Notes: generated by a model not told the origin, from the sequence alone. Counted from the first letter of the stretch, positions 24,678-41,736 are shown. The stretch is DNA of 64,000 nucleotides from the human T2T-CHM13v2.0 reference genome, Homo sapiens (GCF_009914755.1 NC_060931.1); one strand, 5' to 3'. Program-made: numbers and translations.

Positions 24678-24755
24678 CTGTATGGGCAGGACGGTAAGGA
24701 CAATGGGCAGGATGGTATTAGATCTTCTCTATGCCATCTCCTTCCCACTCCTGCC

Positions 24756-24898
24756 TCATTCCAAGCCATACAGTAGTGGGCAGCCAGGCCAGAGCAGGGC
24801 CTGAGAGCCACTAAGACTGGCCAGGGGACAGTGGGAGGAAGGGCAAGGAAGGCAAAGCAGTCCTGAGTCCAGGGAATTCGGCTGTGGGGGCAAGTGGC
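24756..24898 (-). CDS. PAX4: PAX4 last coding exon (351-aa isoform)
   Basis: cacag| [29 protein letters not shown]...LLYGLE TGA. Confidence 0.93.
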
Positions 24899-27800
24899 CT
24901 GTGGGGACAAATAGAGAGAGCTTGGGGTTATTGCTCCCACCCCACCTCTCAAAGTCACTATGGGAGAGAGGCTGAGACATCAGTTTCCCACCCTGCATAT
25001 ACACACTTGAATCCCAGTCTCACATCCTTTACCTGCTATGGCTGTCAGTGATACCATAGACTCAGGGGTTACTAGTCTCCGTAATTTTGTGGACCATGCA
25101 AAGAATGAGGAAAGCTGTATTGAGATTCCTTTGATGACCCCCAATGGAGATCCATGCCCTCCTGGAGGTTGAGTCAGTCGACCCTCCCTACATCCTGCAG
25201 GACTGAGGCCTGGCCTGAATTCTTACCCCAGCAGGGCTTGAGACAGGCTTTAGGTGGGGTGTCACTCAGACACCTTTCTGGTGCTGTTGCCCAGCACAGC
25301 TGATAGCAGGAGGGACCCAGTGGTTCCAGGGCAGGCAGGGCTGCTGTGGGCACACTGCCAGGGGACTGCTAAAAAAAAAAAGCAAGAGAAGAACCTTAGC
25401 TTCCAGTGATGCCTCCTGTAGAGAACGCCGGGACCCCAGAGCTGCCTGCCACCCAAGTAGTATCCTGCACAACTCCAGAGGGCACCATTCACATAGTAGA
25501 CTTTGGGTTAGTACTTTCTTGACATGAACACTGTGGGGCCCTGGAGAGCCGGAGATCCTGGCTCAGGCCAGAAATGGAAGAGCCCATGAGCCCTTCAGTC
25601 TTCCCAGGGCACAGACTCCCCTCTCCTCCCGAGTACCTGTGCAGAGATGATTCCTGGGGCAACCCTTGGTACAGTCAGCCCCTGGGAAGCACCTATAAAA
25701 TGAGAGTGAATCCACTCAGAAGGAGGAATTGGGGTTAGGGACGGGAGGAGTGTGGTGAGAGGCAGGAAGGTTGGATACAAAGAGGTTCTAGGAAAGTCAG
25801 CCACTTCTTGCAGGGGTGTGAAGAGATGGATATTTTAACCCAAAACTGTCCTCTTCCCCAAGACAGGTCCTTGGGAAACTGGAGAAGAATGATTAAATTC
25901 CAGTGATGGTACTGGGGACAGTGCAGCCTTAAGATCCGGGACTGTGTGTGCCCAGCATCTAGCACAGGGTCTGGCACTGGGGAGATGCTGAGTAAATATT
26001 GGATGGATGGGTGGATGGATGCACAGATTAATGGAAAGATGGATGGATGGATGGATGCATGGGTGCATGGGTGGCTGGATGGATGCATGGGCGGATGCAT
26101 GGGTGGATGGATGGATGAATGCATGAGCAGATGCATGGATGGATGCATGAATGAATGGGTGGATGGATGGATGGATGGATGGATGGATGGATGGATGGAT
26201 GGATAAATGGATAGGTAGATAGGTGGGTGAGCAGATGGGTGGGTGACTGGCTGGCTGGATGGATGGATAGATGGGTGGATGGATAAATGGATGGATGGAG
26301 AGATGGATGCATGGATAGATGGGTGGATAAATGGGTAGCTGGGTGGATGGGTGGGTGTGGTGGGTGGATGATGCATGGATGAATGGATGGATGGATAGAT
26401 GAATGGATGAATGGATGGATGGATACATGGGTGGATGGATAAATGGATGGATGAATGGAGGATGGATGGATTGATGCATGGATAGATGGGTGGATAAATG
26501 GGTAGCTGGGTGGATGGGTGGGTGTGGTGGGTGGATGATGCATGGATGAATGGATGGATGGATAGATGAATGGATGAATGGATGGATGGATACATGGGTG
26601 GATGGATAAATGGATGGACGAATGGAGGATGGATGGATGGATGGATGGATGGATGGATGGATGGATGGATAGATGACTGAGCGGGCAGATGGATGATGGT
26701 GCAGAGAAATCACCTGGCAGCTGCATTTCCCACTTGAGCTTCTCTTGCCGACGCCATTTGGCTCTTCTGTTGGAAAACCAGACCTGAGCGAGGACAGGGA
26801 CAATGCAGCTGGCTGTACTTTATGCTGCCTGTCACCTGCTGATCTCACCACATGTTCCTAGCCTGAACTCAGAATGTTGACCCTTCCTTGGGCCTGACAT
26901 CCTCCCTCCCTGCTCTAGCTTTTGCTCTCTGGCCCCTTCCTCAACTCAAAGGTTTGGGTTGGGGAAGAGAGGAGAGCAGTCAGCAGAAGGTGAACAAGGA
27001 GGATCTCATCTCTGATTGTTGCTCCAAACAAATTTGCTTCCAATTTCTCACCTCCCCTCTCCACCTCATTGGAACCCAAAGCCCTGGCCGGCCCAGACTC
27101 TTCCTCCTTGTGGTTTGTACAGTGTTGCAGAGCTCACTCACCCTCACCGTGTCCTCAGGCAGAGAGGTGGCAGTAGCCAGCTTTCCACGGGCCACTGAAT
27201 CAGGATACTGCCCACGCTGGAACTCTGCGGAGATCGAGTCTCACAAAGTAAGGGCACCGGGAGAGGAGCAAGGCATGGGTCTCCCCTTAGGCAACACTCC
27301 CCACCTGCTACAACCCCAAACTACCTTCCTCCTCAAGGCAGGGCCACTCACAGCCTGCACCTCTCAGCCTTTGCCCACAGGCCTCAGGGCCACTGTCCCT
27401 GTGTCACACTGAGGACTCTCTGACCCTCCATCTGTCCCAGCCCAGCACCTTTCTCCAGTGCCTCTGCTTGGCTTGGGGAGAAGATAGTCCGATTCCGGTG
27501 GCCGGTCCCTGGGTGGGTACCCCGGGGAGTCTCAGAGCCACTATGGGGAGTGAGGACAGCTGGAGCCAAAACAGCTGAAAAGGAAGATAACAGTTTGTGG
27601 TGGTTTGTGATGGTGATTCCTCTGGTCAGATGGGGTCCCTGAGTCTCTGGGGCTGCAGCCGGGAGACACCATGGGTAGAAGAGCAGAGCCAAGCTGGTGG
27701 GGCATTCATAGTTATTAGAGGTCACTGCAGGGTCACTTGGTGGAAAGGGTGCTCAATACCATGGTGGGGTGCATGCTTAATGTGCAAGAGTTTGGAGGGA

Positions 27801-29621
27801 CAAGCAGTAGGCTTGGTCCAGGGGTGTGTTATCCCAAAGAACATGAATGATGCTCTAAGAAGCTATGCATGGGGCAGAGGGAGGGTATGAGATGCAGTCC
27901 TGCCTCTTCTTCAATAGATCCTGTGAACCCAGGGGCTAGGGGACCTGTGTTCTGTTCCAGGGCCTGCCATCAACTAGGTGGTGACCTTGGGTAAGTCACT
28001 TCACTTTTCTGGACCTCAATTTTCTTCTGCTGGGAGAGAATGAGACTCCCTGCCCAGTCCTCCTTATTGGGTTGTTGTGAGGGTGATCCAAGAAAAAACG
28101 AGAAAGGGCTTTGAGAACTATAAAATGCTAGAGATTTGGCTGTGATTAGCCCTGGGGACAACTCCAAGACCCACCTGGTGACCTGAGCCGTGTGCACGGT
28201 AGTCCCTGGTCCTCCTGTAATGCCCGCAGGACTCGGTTGATGGAGGAGACCTGGGAGTGTCAGGGTGTTGAGTGGAGAGATGGTGCTCAGACTCAGGGCT
28301 ATACCCTGAGGATGTTGCCCTTAATATCCTTTTTCCCATCTGTCTCCACCTACACATTGTTCCCAAGGGCAGCCTCCTCTCTCTCTCTCTATGCTTTCTC
28401 CTTCCCAATCCTCTTATTACCACCACTTTTCAAAAGAAAAACTTATGGGTCAGAATTGCCCAGGAGCCCTGTCACCAGCTTGGGATGCCCACATTGCCAA
28501 ATAAGAAAGGTTCTTTGTCTCCCCCAGAAAGCCTCTTTTCCAGCCCCAGTGTGGGGAGGGAAGGGTACTTACACTGGGAGTCTTGTCCTGGGTGCAAAGC
28601 CCTTCAGCACAAAGCTGGCGTTGGATTTCCCAGGCAAAGAGGGCTGGACACTCACCCTTCAGCTGGGCAATTCGAGCCACCACAGGGGGTGTAGCCAGCC
28701 GTGGCTTGCTTCCCCCAATGCCCTTTGGCTCCAAGACACCTGTGCGGTAGTAACGCCCTAGGATCTTGCTCACACAGCCATTAGATACCTGAGTCAGGTG
28801 AGAAGCAGGGACAGGTGAGGCATGATGGGCAGAAGGAAGGAGAGTGTCCCTGGGACAGGAGGAGGCTATAAGACAAAGCCAAGACTTACTGGACCAGGCC
28901 ATGAAGTCGGGAGTCCAGCCTCAGCTTTGAGGGCCTGAGGCTCCCCTTTTCAACCTCCGAGAGGATCTCCCAGGAAGTGACCCAAGTCCCAGAAGCCCTC
29001 AGAGCCTGCAACAGCCCCAGGCTCTTGCCTTCAGAGGAGCCCTTTCTCCCTGCTTCCTGTCCCCATCACTGGGTAAAGGTGCTGGCCCATTACCTTAAGG
29101 ATCCGTGAGATGTCACAGGGCCGCATTCCACTGACTGCTAGCCGCACAATCTGCTGCCGGGTATCCAGAGGCAGGGGCCGGCCATTCACAAAGAGCCCCC
29201 CAAGCTGGTTCATGCTGCTGATCCCTGGGCGTGAGACAGAGGTATCCACACACCACCTCTCCCACTGCCCTGCCCGCCTGTGGAGAGGGTCACTCAGGCC
29301 CCTCCAGCCTGGCTTCCCACCACCGAGTGCATCCTCTCCTGGGAGACTGCATCCTTGCTGCCCCCAGGCTGTCAACGCAAGCTGCTTTCTTTGAGAGCTG
29401 GCTCACGGGTGAGTCTTTGTTCCTTGCCCATACGCGCCAACTCTCCTGATCTAAGGGAAGCAGGACAGGGCAGGAAGGGAGGGACTGGAAAAAGCTTCCC
29501 CAGAACATTGGCCAATAGCAGATGAAACAGTTGATGGAAGCAAAGCCCTGAGGTCTTCCCCTGTCTCTGTTGTCCTCCCTGTCTTCCCACTTCCCCCAGG
29601 CTCCTCACCGTCCTGATGCAT
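24756..29621 (-). CDS. PAX4: Paired box protein Pax-4, 351 aa; complement join(29621..29609,29224..29094,28788..28573,28250..28175,27574..27449,27224..27142,26783..26714,25692..25637,25368..25227,24898..24756)
   Basis: Exon lengths 13+131+216+76+126+83+70+56+142+143=1056 nt, all GT-AG. Paired domain ([14 protein letters not shown]...) and S50 paired-type homeodomain (RNRTIFS...[12 protein letters not shown]); ends LLYGLE*. Confidence 0.97.
25227..25368 (-). CDS. PAX4: PAX4 exon (TAGCAG tandem acceptor)
   Basis: T12-ag| [11 protein letters not shown]...KACLKPCW |gtaaga. Confidence 0.94.
25637..25692 (-). CDS. PAX4: PAX4 exon
   Basis: [19 protein letters not shown] |gtactc. Confidence 0.93.
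26000..26700. repeat. (GGAT)n / (TGGA)n degenerate tandem repeat in a PAX4 intron
   Basis: About 700 bp of GGAT variants with an internal 167-bp duplication. Confidence 0.97.
26714..26783 (-). CDS. PAX4: PAX4 homeodomain helix-3 exon
   Basis: [23 protein letters not shown]. Confidence 0.96.
27142..27224 (-). CDS. PAX4: PAX4 homeodomain exon
   Basis: [28 protein letters not shown] |gtgagt. Confidence 0.96.
27449..27574 (-). CDS. PAX4: PAX4 exon (linker and homeodomain start)
   Basis: AVLAPAVL...[17 protein letters not shown]. Confidence 0.96.
28175..28250 (-). CDS. PAX4: PAX4 exon (end of paired domain)
   Basis: [25 protein letters not shown]. Confidence 0.95.
28573..28788 (-). CDS. PAX4: PAX4 paired-domain exon B
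   Basis: [17 protein letters not shown]...AWEIQRQL...DKTPS |gtaagt. Confidence 0.97.
29094..29224 (-). CDS. PAX4: PAX4 paired-domain exon A
   Basis: [44 protein letters not shown]; second in-frame ATG at 29213. Confidence 0.97.
29609..29621 (-). CDS. PAX4: PAX4 first coding exon (MHQDG); the exon probably spans 29720..29609
   Basis: ATG CAT CAG GAC G|gtgagg; upstream acceptor attattgcag| at 29721. Confidence 0.85.
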
Positions 29622-30967
29622 GCTCCAGGCTGACCCTCCTCAGAAGGATGAGACTCCAGCTGGGAAGGCTGGGAAGGGAAGTTCCTTCTAGGAGCTCCTT
29701 TTCCAGCTTGGGGGCTGGCTCTGCAATAATGGGGGGTTATTTGGGTGAGGTCTTTTGCTTGAAATGGTCCTGGGAGGTAGTGTTTTGTGATAGAGGGTCA
29801 GGTTCCTAAAATTTGCCAGTGGGTTGGCTAAAATCAGAAAATTCTAATTCCTTTTATTTAAACCTTTGTGTGATAAAAACTAAAACACTGCAGGTTGGCT
29901 GAGGACTGGATCTTTCTTGAAGTCCTGATAAGGGGCTGGGAGGATTGAGAGGGTTCTCCTTTCCTACACATTCATTAGAAAAGTTTGGGGAGGTAGAAAG
30001 GGATAATGCTTTCAAATGCTCAAGCTTTCCCCTTTCCAAATGGACAGCTGTTGTCTCCAGCTGCTCCTAAGCCTTCTCAGCCCTGGAAGACACACCCGAG
30101 CCAGAGATTCTGGGGTCCTCAAGTTCAGGGGTCCACCTTCACTATTAGGCAGTCCTCGGTTGGGCTCTCCAAACTGCCACCCAAATGCTGCACTTCAGAA
30201 AGGCTTGCTCCTGTTTTTTTATACTCTCCAGGAAGCTCTAGGGAAACTGGGACTCAGCTCTAACCCACCAGGCATTGAGGCTCTGGTCCTACACACTGGG
30301 CATAGAGATGAACACGCCTGAAGAGCCGGCTTCTCCTAGGAGACGCATCTCTTAGCATCTCTAACCTGCTGAGATTGTTCATTCTGTTCATTCTCTGAAG
30401 AGTTCTAGATCTCACAGTGAAGCTTCAATTTCAGAGACGATGTTTCTGGTATCAGACACTCATTCATTCAACTAACATTTATCAAAGGCATATTGAAGGG
30501 AATGAGAAGCAGGAGAAGACTGTCCGCTGAGCAACATAGAAACCGTCATGAGCCCAAGCGAGTCTCTGAGCAGCAAGGGACACAGGTCCCACAGGCCACC
30601 ATACCTCTTCTACTTTCATTAGTAATCAATGGGAGTTGAAGATGCCTCCTTTCATGCCTGGAACCCTGGTAGTGCTGGAGATCACCCCAAGGAACAGCTT
30701 ATGCACAGAACTTTCTTATAATAAGCGTGCCATCTGGGCTTAGTTAATTCATCTGCAGTTGTATGCTGAATAAGATATTAAGCATGAGCACATTGCTGGT
30801 TGTTCAGGATGAAGGCAGTAAACAGAAAAGGGTAAAGTCTTTGCTCTCCAACACATTACAGAGCAACTGGAGAAAAGAGACTAGCACCAATGAAACAAAT
30901 AATTACAAAGAGTTTGGAATCCAGAGTCTACTTATTAAGTTCAGTAGCTAAATTGGCTTTTACTCAC

Positions 30968-31058
30968 TTGTTTCTAGGTAGGTAGAGGCACAGACCCCTT
31001 CAAATTCTCATCTTTCCAAAAAGTCGGGAAAGAAGGCAGAGGTTTTCCAAAGAGAAAA
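30968..31058 (-). other. PAX4: Candidate PAX4 non-coding exon 2
   Basis: Acceptor ctgtgcctcag| and strong donor CAA|gtgagta; no coding evidence available to confirm. Confidence 0.45.
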
Positions 31059-31654
31059 CTGAGGCACAGATTGGCATTGCCACAAGTCAGGGGCTGTCCA
31101 GAGAGTAAAATTCAAGGTTTAGAAGCCAGTTCCTCACCAGAAGCTACAATTTCTGGCTCCTAATCCTGGGCTCTCTTTCTCTGCTCCCACCCCTGTTTCA
31201 TGTTTGTGTAATTGCCACAAAAACAATGGAGAGAGGAGAATCAAGCAGGGACTGTAAAGGGCTGTGCCAAGACAGGGTGAAGGAGCTCAAAATATCAGCC
31301 AAACCCTAAATCCTTGATGGGACTCAGTTCTCCTAAGTGACCAGAATTCAAAAGAGCAGTAGGGATGCAGGTTCAGTATCCAAACCTAAATAATCTCCAA
31401 ACCTAAATCATTATGCCCCAACTCACAAACAGAAACCCCATTCCCAATAGCCACAACACACATTCCCAACATTCATATTAACATGTCTGAAAAAATAACT
31501 GGTGCTTGCAAGATGGAAAAACAGGAAAGGGGATGGAAGGGGCAGGAGGGTTGTAGCTGCAAAGGCAGAGTGGGAGAGAAGTTGGGTTTGGCCACACAGA
31601 GGCATGGAGACAGCATGAGAGGCAGGGCAGACAATGAGCCTGCAGGTGAGCTAC

Positions 31655-31880
31655 CTGTGTGGAGGAAATGAGGTGGGAGCTTCAGTGGGAGGTCTCAGCT
31701 TCTGAGACCCCTGCAGGCTCCAGGGGTGGTGATGATCTGGTCTTGGTAACAGCCTCCACTCTGCTCCTGCTTCAGTCCTGCCAGGGGGTCCAGAGCTATA
31801 GAGAGCCCGTGCTCAAGAGCAGAGGGCAGCCTTCTGGGAGTAGCCAATGATGTCACAGGCCATGAGCAGAGGAGAGAGGA
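31655..31880 (-). other. PAX4: Candidate PAX4 non-coding exon 1 / TSS region (5' end approximate)
   Basis: Donor CAG|gtagct at 31654; CCAAT motifs near 31844 and 31937; about 1.9 kb from the enhancer, as described for human PAX4. Confidence 0.45.
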
Positions 31881-33654
31881 GGAGGGAGGTGTGCATGGGC
31901 TGACTGACACCAGCCCTGAGGCAGGGCAAACCACAGCCAATGACCCACTGTGTCCTTCCATGGGGAATCCTCAGAGCCCACTTTGTGTCCACCTACCACC
32001 CGGAAGCAGGGACAGAGCCATTCTCAGACAGGCAAAAGTGTACCCACACAAGCACCAGTACTCCTGAAGGGCATGCTGAGCATGGAAGATGGGGAACTTC
32101 AGGTTGTGTTCTTAAGGCTTTGAATACACAGAAGCAAAAAGATGCCTTCCCGAACCACCAACACAGCTTCCCAGCCAGAATGCACATACATGGGCTTTGG
32201 GGTCAACTCCTGAGTCGTGTGTGTTGCTATAAAAGATAAATGAGTATACAGACTGTTGCCTAAATACTGACTGAGTTGGCTCCTAGCACTCTGAGATAAT
32301 GAGAGTGAATGGAGAAGAGTGTGAAGAGTGTGTGTCACCTAGCACCAGCTGTCCCCAGAGAGTGTCCTAACCAATTCTCCAATTGACTCCTTGACTGAGG
32401 TGACACCAAGGGTGAATTCTTGCCTGGAAATGGAAGGATCCTGGACTTCAGAACACTGACAATGGTAGTGGTGGTGGAAATGAGCCTCAGGATAGTCAGA
32501 GATGCATGTGGGTGTTTATAAGGAGGCTTGCAGCAGGATTTTCCTTCTTCCATCTTTAGATGTTAGCAGGCTCCATTCTGTTAGGGATTTGATGCTTTTA
32601 GACTCTAAGTTAGTAATGGCACTGCTGTTTCCACAAAAGACACCACAGGTTATCTGGGTCATTGGCGAGGTCAGAGGTATCAGTAGCTGGGCAGGTGGTG
32701 CCTGTGGAGTGGGATGCTGAAAGTGAAACACAGCCTCTAGTGCATGTAAATTTTGTTGCCAGTCATCAGGGTCTTGGGCAGATGGTCTTTGGGTCCATTC
32801 CACACCTCAGAGTCTGTGAAACCATTGCAAAAGTTAGACTGGAAGTAAGCAGGGTGTAGGGCAATAAGACTAGTCCCAGAAATCAGAGAATGGAAGACGT
32901 ATGTCATTGGTAAATGTTTTGAGGTTTTGGGGGTGAAAGTGGTTGTTGTGCATTCAGCTTGATCCTAGGGTTGGGAACTCTTGCTCTCAAAGGCCAAATA
33001 TCACATAAGTGAGTTTTCCACTTTACCCTGATACATACTCTCTTCCTCTTCCACCCTCCTCCAGCATCCTCAGACTGGTCTTGGGGTACAGGGGAGACTG
33101 CAGAGGGTGATTTCAGGACCTCGGGCAGGATAGCATTTGCCCAAGTGTCCTTACAGCCCATTCCATCCCCGGGGCAGCTGGGGACTGCTGGTCACTCTAC
33201 TTAGCCATGCTTGGGTGGGAGGAGGTCCCCAGTAAGGCCTGTGGTAGCCCTGCTCCTAGTCCCCCATTCCTGCCTCATCCCTCCCCGCTAGATCTGCCCC
33301 TGCGTCTAGGGGCTCAAGGCTTATGTCCTGACCAGCTATTCCTATAGACAGCTGCATGAGGGTGGAGATAGGGGTATCAGGGGGAGCAGGGACAAGCCCT
33401 AGCAGATGGTGGTGGCAGCGATTTACCCCATAAACTACCCTCTCCCTCCGCCTTTATGACGCGCTCTTGGGTCTGAACAAACAGAGGCTTTCGACCCAGA
33501 GGTGATGGGGGAGGGAAAAGTGGTAAAGGGCCCTGGCAGGGGGGCCTAGAGAGCCCAAAGGCTCTGCCACTCAGCCCTCTGCCCAGCGCGCTAGACTGTT
33601 TGAGGAGCAAATATCTGCCTTCACTGTCTGACTCTCTCAGCCACCCCCACCGGG

Positions 33655-33760
33655 TTTGGGGCTAATTGTCCCTCATTAGCTGGGCCCAGGCCCCGGGCTG
33701 CCGCCAGCCCCCGCCATCTGCTCACAATTATACATTAACTCAAAGGTCTTGCCACCCGCC
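33655..33760 (-). promoter_or_regulatory. PAX4: PAX4 endocrine (beta-cell) enhancer: A-boxes, NEUROG3/NEUROD E-box, HNF1 and HNF4-like sites
   Basis: TAATTG at 33663; CATTAG at 33674; CAGATGG(-) at 33714-33720; attatacattaac at 33727-33739; aactcaaaggtct at 33737-33749. Fits the known HNF4A/HNF1A/bHLH-dependent element ~1.9 kb upstream of PAX4. Confidence 0.8.
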
Positions 33761-34540
33761 AACAAGCTGTGCGCCCCTCTCCGGGGCCAGCCATGGCCAT
33801 TCCAGCCTGTCCCTCGCCCTGATGTAGAGCCCTGATCTCCGGCTTCTTCTGCCCTTAGGAGTCCCTGGTAGAAAGGCCCGTGTCTGTAGGGAAGTCTTGT
33901 CCTCAGGAAAGGCGGCTGGAGTTCCCCTGCCTTCCTCAAGGGACCAGAGGGCGAGCCAAGCCCGTGCGTAAAGCTGGAGAGGACTGGGCGCGGCCAGCGC
34001 AGAGACCCGCTGGCGTTGGTCTGACACCTCGTCTTGGGCTCTTGACACCTGCTGTGGGAGGTAACACCAGCTCTAGGCTGTTTCCACCCCTCCCTATGGT
34101 GCATTTTCGTAGGCTGTGGGGTCCTGGGCCCCTTCTTCTCTTTCTCCGGAAAGCCCCATCTCCTGCCAGCCCTCAGCTTTCCAGAGCGCACGCGCCACCT
34201 GTCCAAAACCGTTCTCTGGCGGCCTGTGCCTCCCACTTTAAAGTCAAAGTGATTTCCTTGCTACAAAAACACGGAGGCTATTCGAGTTCCCTGAAAATTC
34301 TGAACTTGAGACCCTCACGCCAAAGTTGCGCTACCCCCGCAAAGCTTTATGCAGTTACCCTACTCTCCCAGCCCAGCCCCTGCTCTGACACCAAAACCCC
34401 CTCCCTGCAAATCCCTGCAGTCTCCTGCTCAGCTTCTGGGACGCTGGCACCCGGATCCCTCCCTCTGAACGCCCCAGGGAGGGAGGAAGGCGCACACCCT
34501 CCCAACTGTGACTTTGAACTGGGGGCACGGAAGAGCCCTC
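33690..34540. promoter_or_regulatory. GC/CpG-enriched region upstream of PAX4
   Basis: Locally elevated CpG (gcgc and cgcg clusters) relative to the flanks. Confidence 0.5.
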
Positions 34541-35009
34541 CCTTTTCCCCTCTTTTTCACCATGAGCTTCTAACCTCTGAGCTCAACCTTGCCTCATATT
34601 TCTCTCAGGGGTAGGGTAGATGAGGCGGGATGTTGAGTCTGCACTTCCCCAGACTAACTCCCAACAGAGCTGGGTTGTTCAGGGGCTAGAGCCTAGGGCC
34701 TAAGGCGACCAGGAGGAAGCCTGTGGGGGATGTGAAAGGCAAGCCTCTGCCAGCCCTTGGAGAGTTCCTCCTCGGGTCTGCCTGTGCACCAAACCTGCCA
34801 CTGTGGGGAAGGTGCTGCTTCAGGGCTGCGGTGTTCACACCCACGCTGATAACTGGAAACTGGAAACCTGAAGTTCGTCTTTTCCATGAGATCTGCCAGC
34901 TCTGCGCTCCCAGAAGCTTTCCTCACCCCACTGGGCCCCACTTCGCATGGGGTGGAAGATCTGGGGAGGCAGCTGCAGTTTGTTTTTCTTTCATTTTCTT
35001 TCTTTCTTC

Positions 35010-35046
<37 letters not shown>

Positions 35047-35104
35047 AAAGACCTCTATGGTTTGACTCCGGGATGTTTGTTTTTAAGTAAACATTATTTC
35101 AATG

Positions 35105-40735
<5,631 letters not shown>

Positions 40736-41443
40736 AGCCAGCTTTGAGGGTGAGGATTTATCAAGCAGACGTAACTCAGGCTGAGAGACACATGAAGTTC
40801 ATCTCCTATAACAGCATCTAGGACAGTATGGCTCAGTAATTAACAGTGGGAATTGTAGAGGCATCAAACCTCAGTTCCTATCCCAGGCCTGTCATGCCAT
40901 CTGCATGATCTTGGATCAGTTAACTGTTAATTCAACAAATAATTATTGAACATGTGCCAGGCACTGGGATAACTGCAGTGAATAAAAAGGGCAGAATTCT
41001 CTGCCCTCTTGGAGCCTGCATCCTTTTTTAAGCTTACATTTTAAAACCTTCTGTGCTTCATTTTTCTGCATGTATAAAATAAAAATATCAATAGTAGCTA
41101 CATCATAGGATTGTTGTGACTATTATATAAATTAACAAATGTAGAACATTCTATATAAGTGTTTTATATTATTACTATTAACACTACTATTGTGCACTAA
41201 CAGTTAATATTATTATCTATTGACTGAGTTCAGTAGTTATAGTCTAGGAGATTCCCAGGCCATCCTCCCTGCTGTAACTCTGTGCTCCCATTATTTCTGT
41301 CTCTCTGCTTCTTCAGTTGGCCTTTTTTATCTTTGGGATCACTAGCCTATTATATGAAACTCCTTCTCTGGCCTAGATTTATCTTGCCTAGGAGATAGTT
41401 GGGTGGCTATCTTTCTGCTGCTTTTGAAAACTACCAAAACTTT

Positions 41444-41647
41444 GCCAGGCGTGGTGGCTCATTCCCATAATCCCAGCATTTGAAGAGGCTGTGGCAGAAG
41501 GATTGTTTGAGGGCAGGAGTTTGAGACCAGCCTGGACAACATAGTTTTTTGGTAGAGATCCCCATCTCAAAAGAGAGAGAGAGAGAAAGAGAAAGAGAGA
41601 AAGGAAAGGAAAGGAAAGGAAAGGAAAGGAAAGGAAGAAAAAGAAAG

Positions 41648-41736
<89 letters not shown>

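Noticed and set aside
25735-26851. Long His/Pro/Ser/Ile-rich ORFs (286, 338 and 232 aa)
   Set aside because: Translation artefacts of the stop-poor (ATCC)n repeat
33676-34614. 244-aa and 186-aa ORFs upstream of PAX4
   Set aside because: No recognisable domain, the 244-aa ORF starts at GTG, and the DNA is GC-rich regulatory sequence
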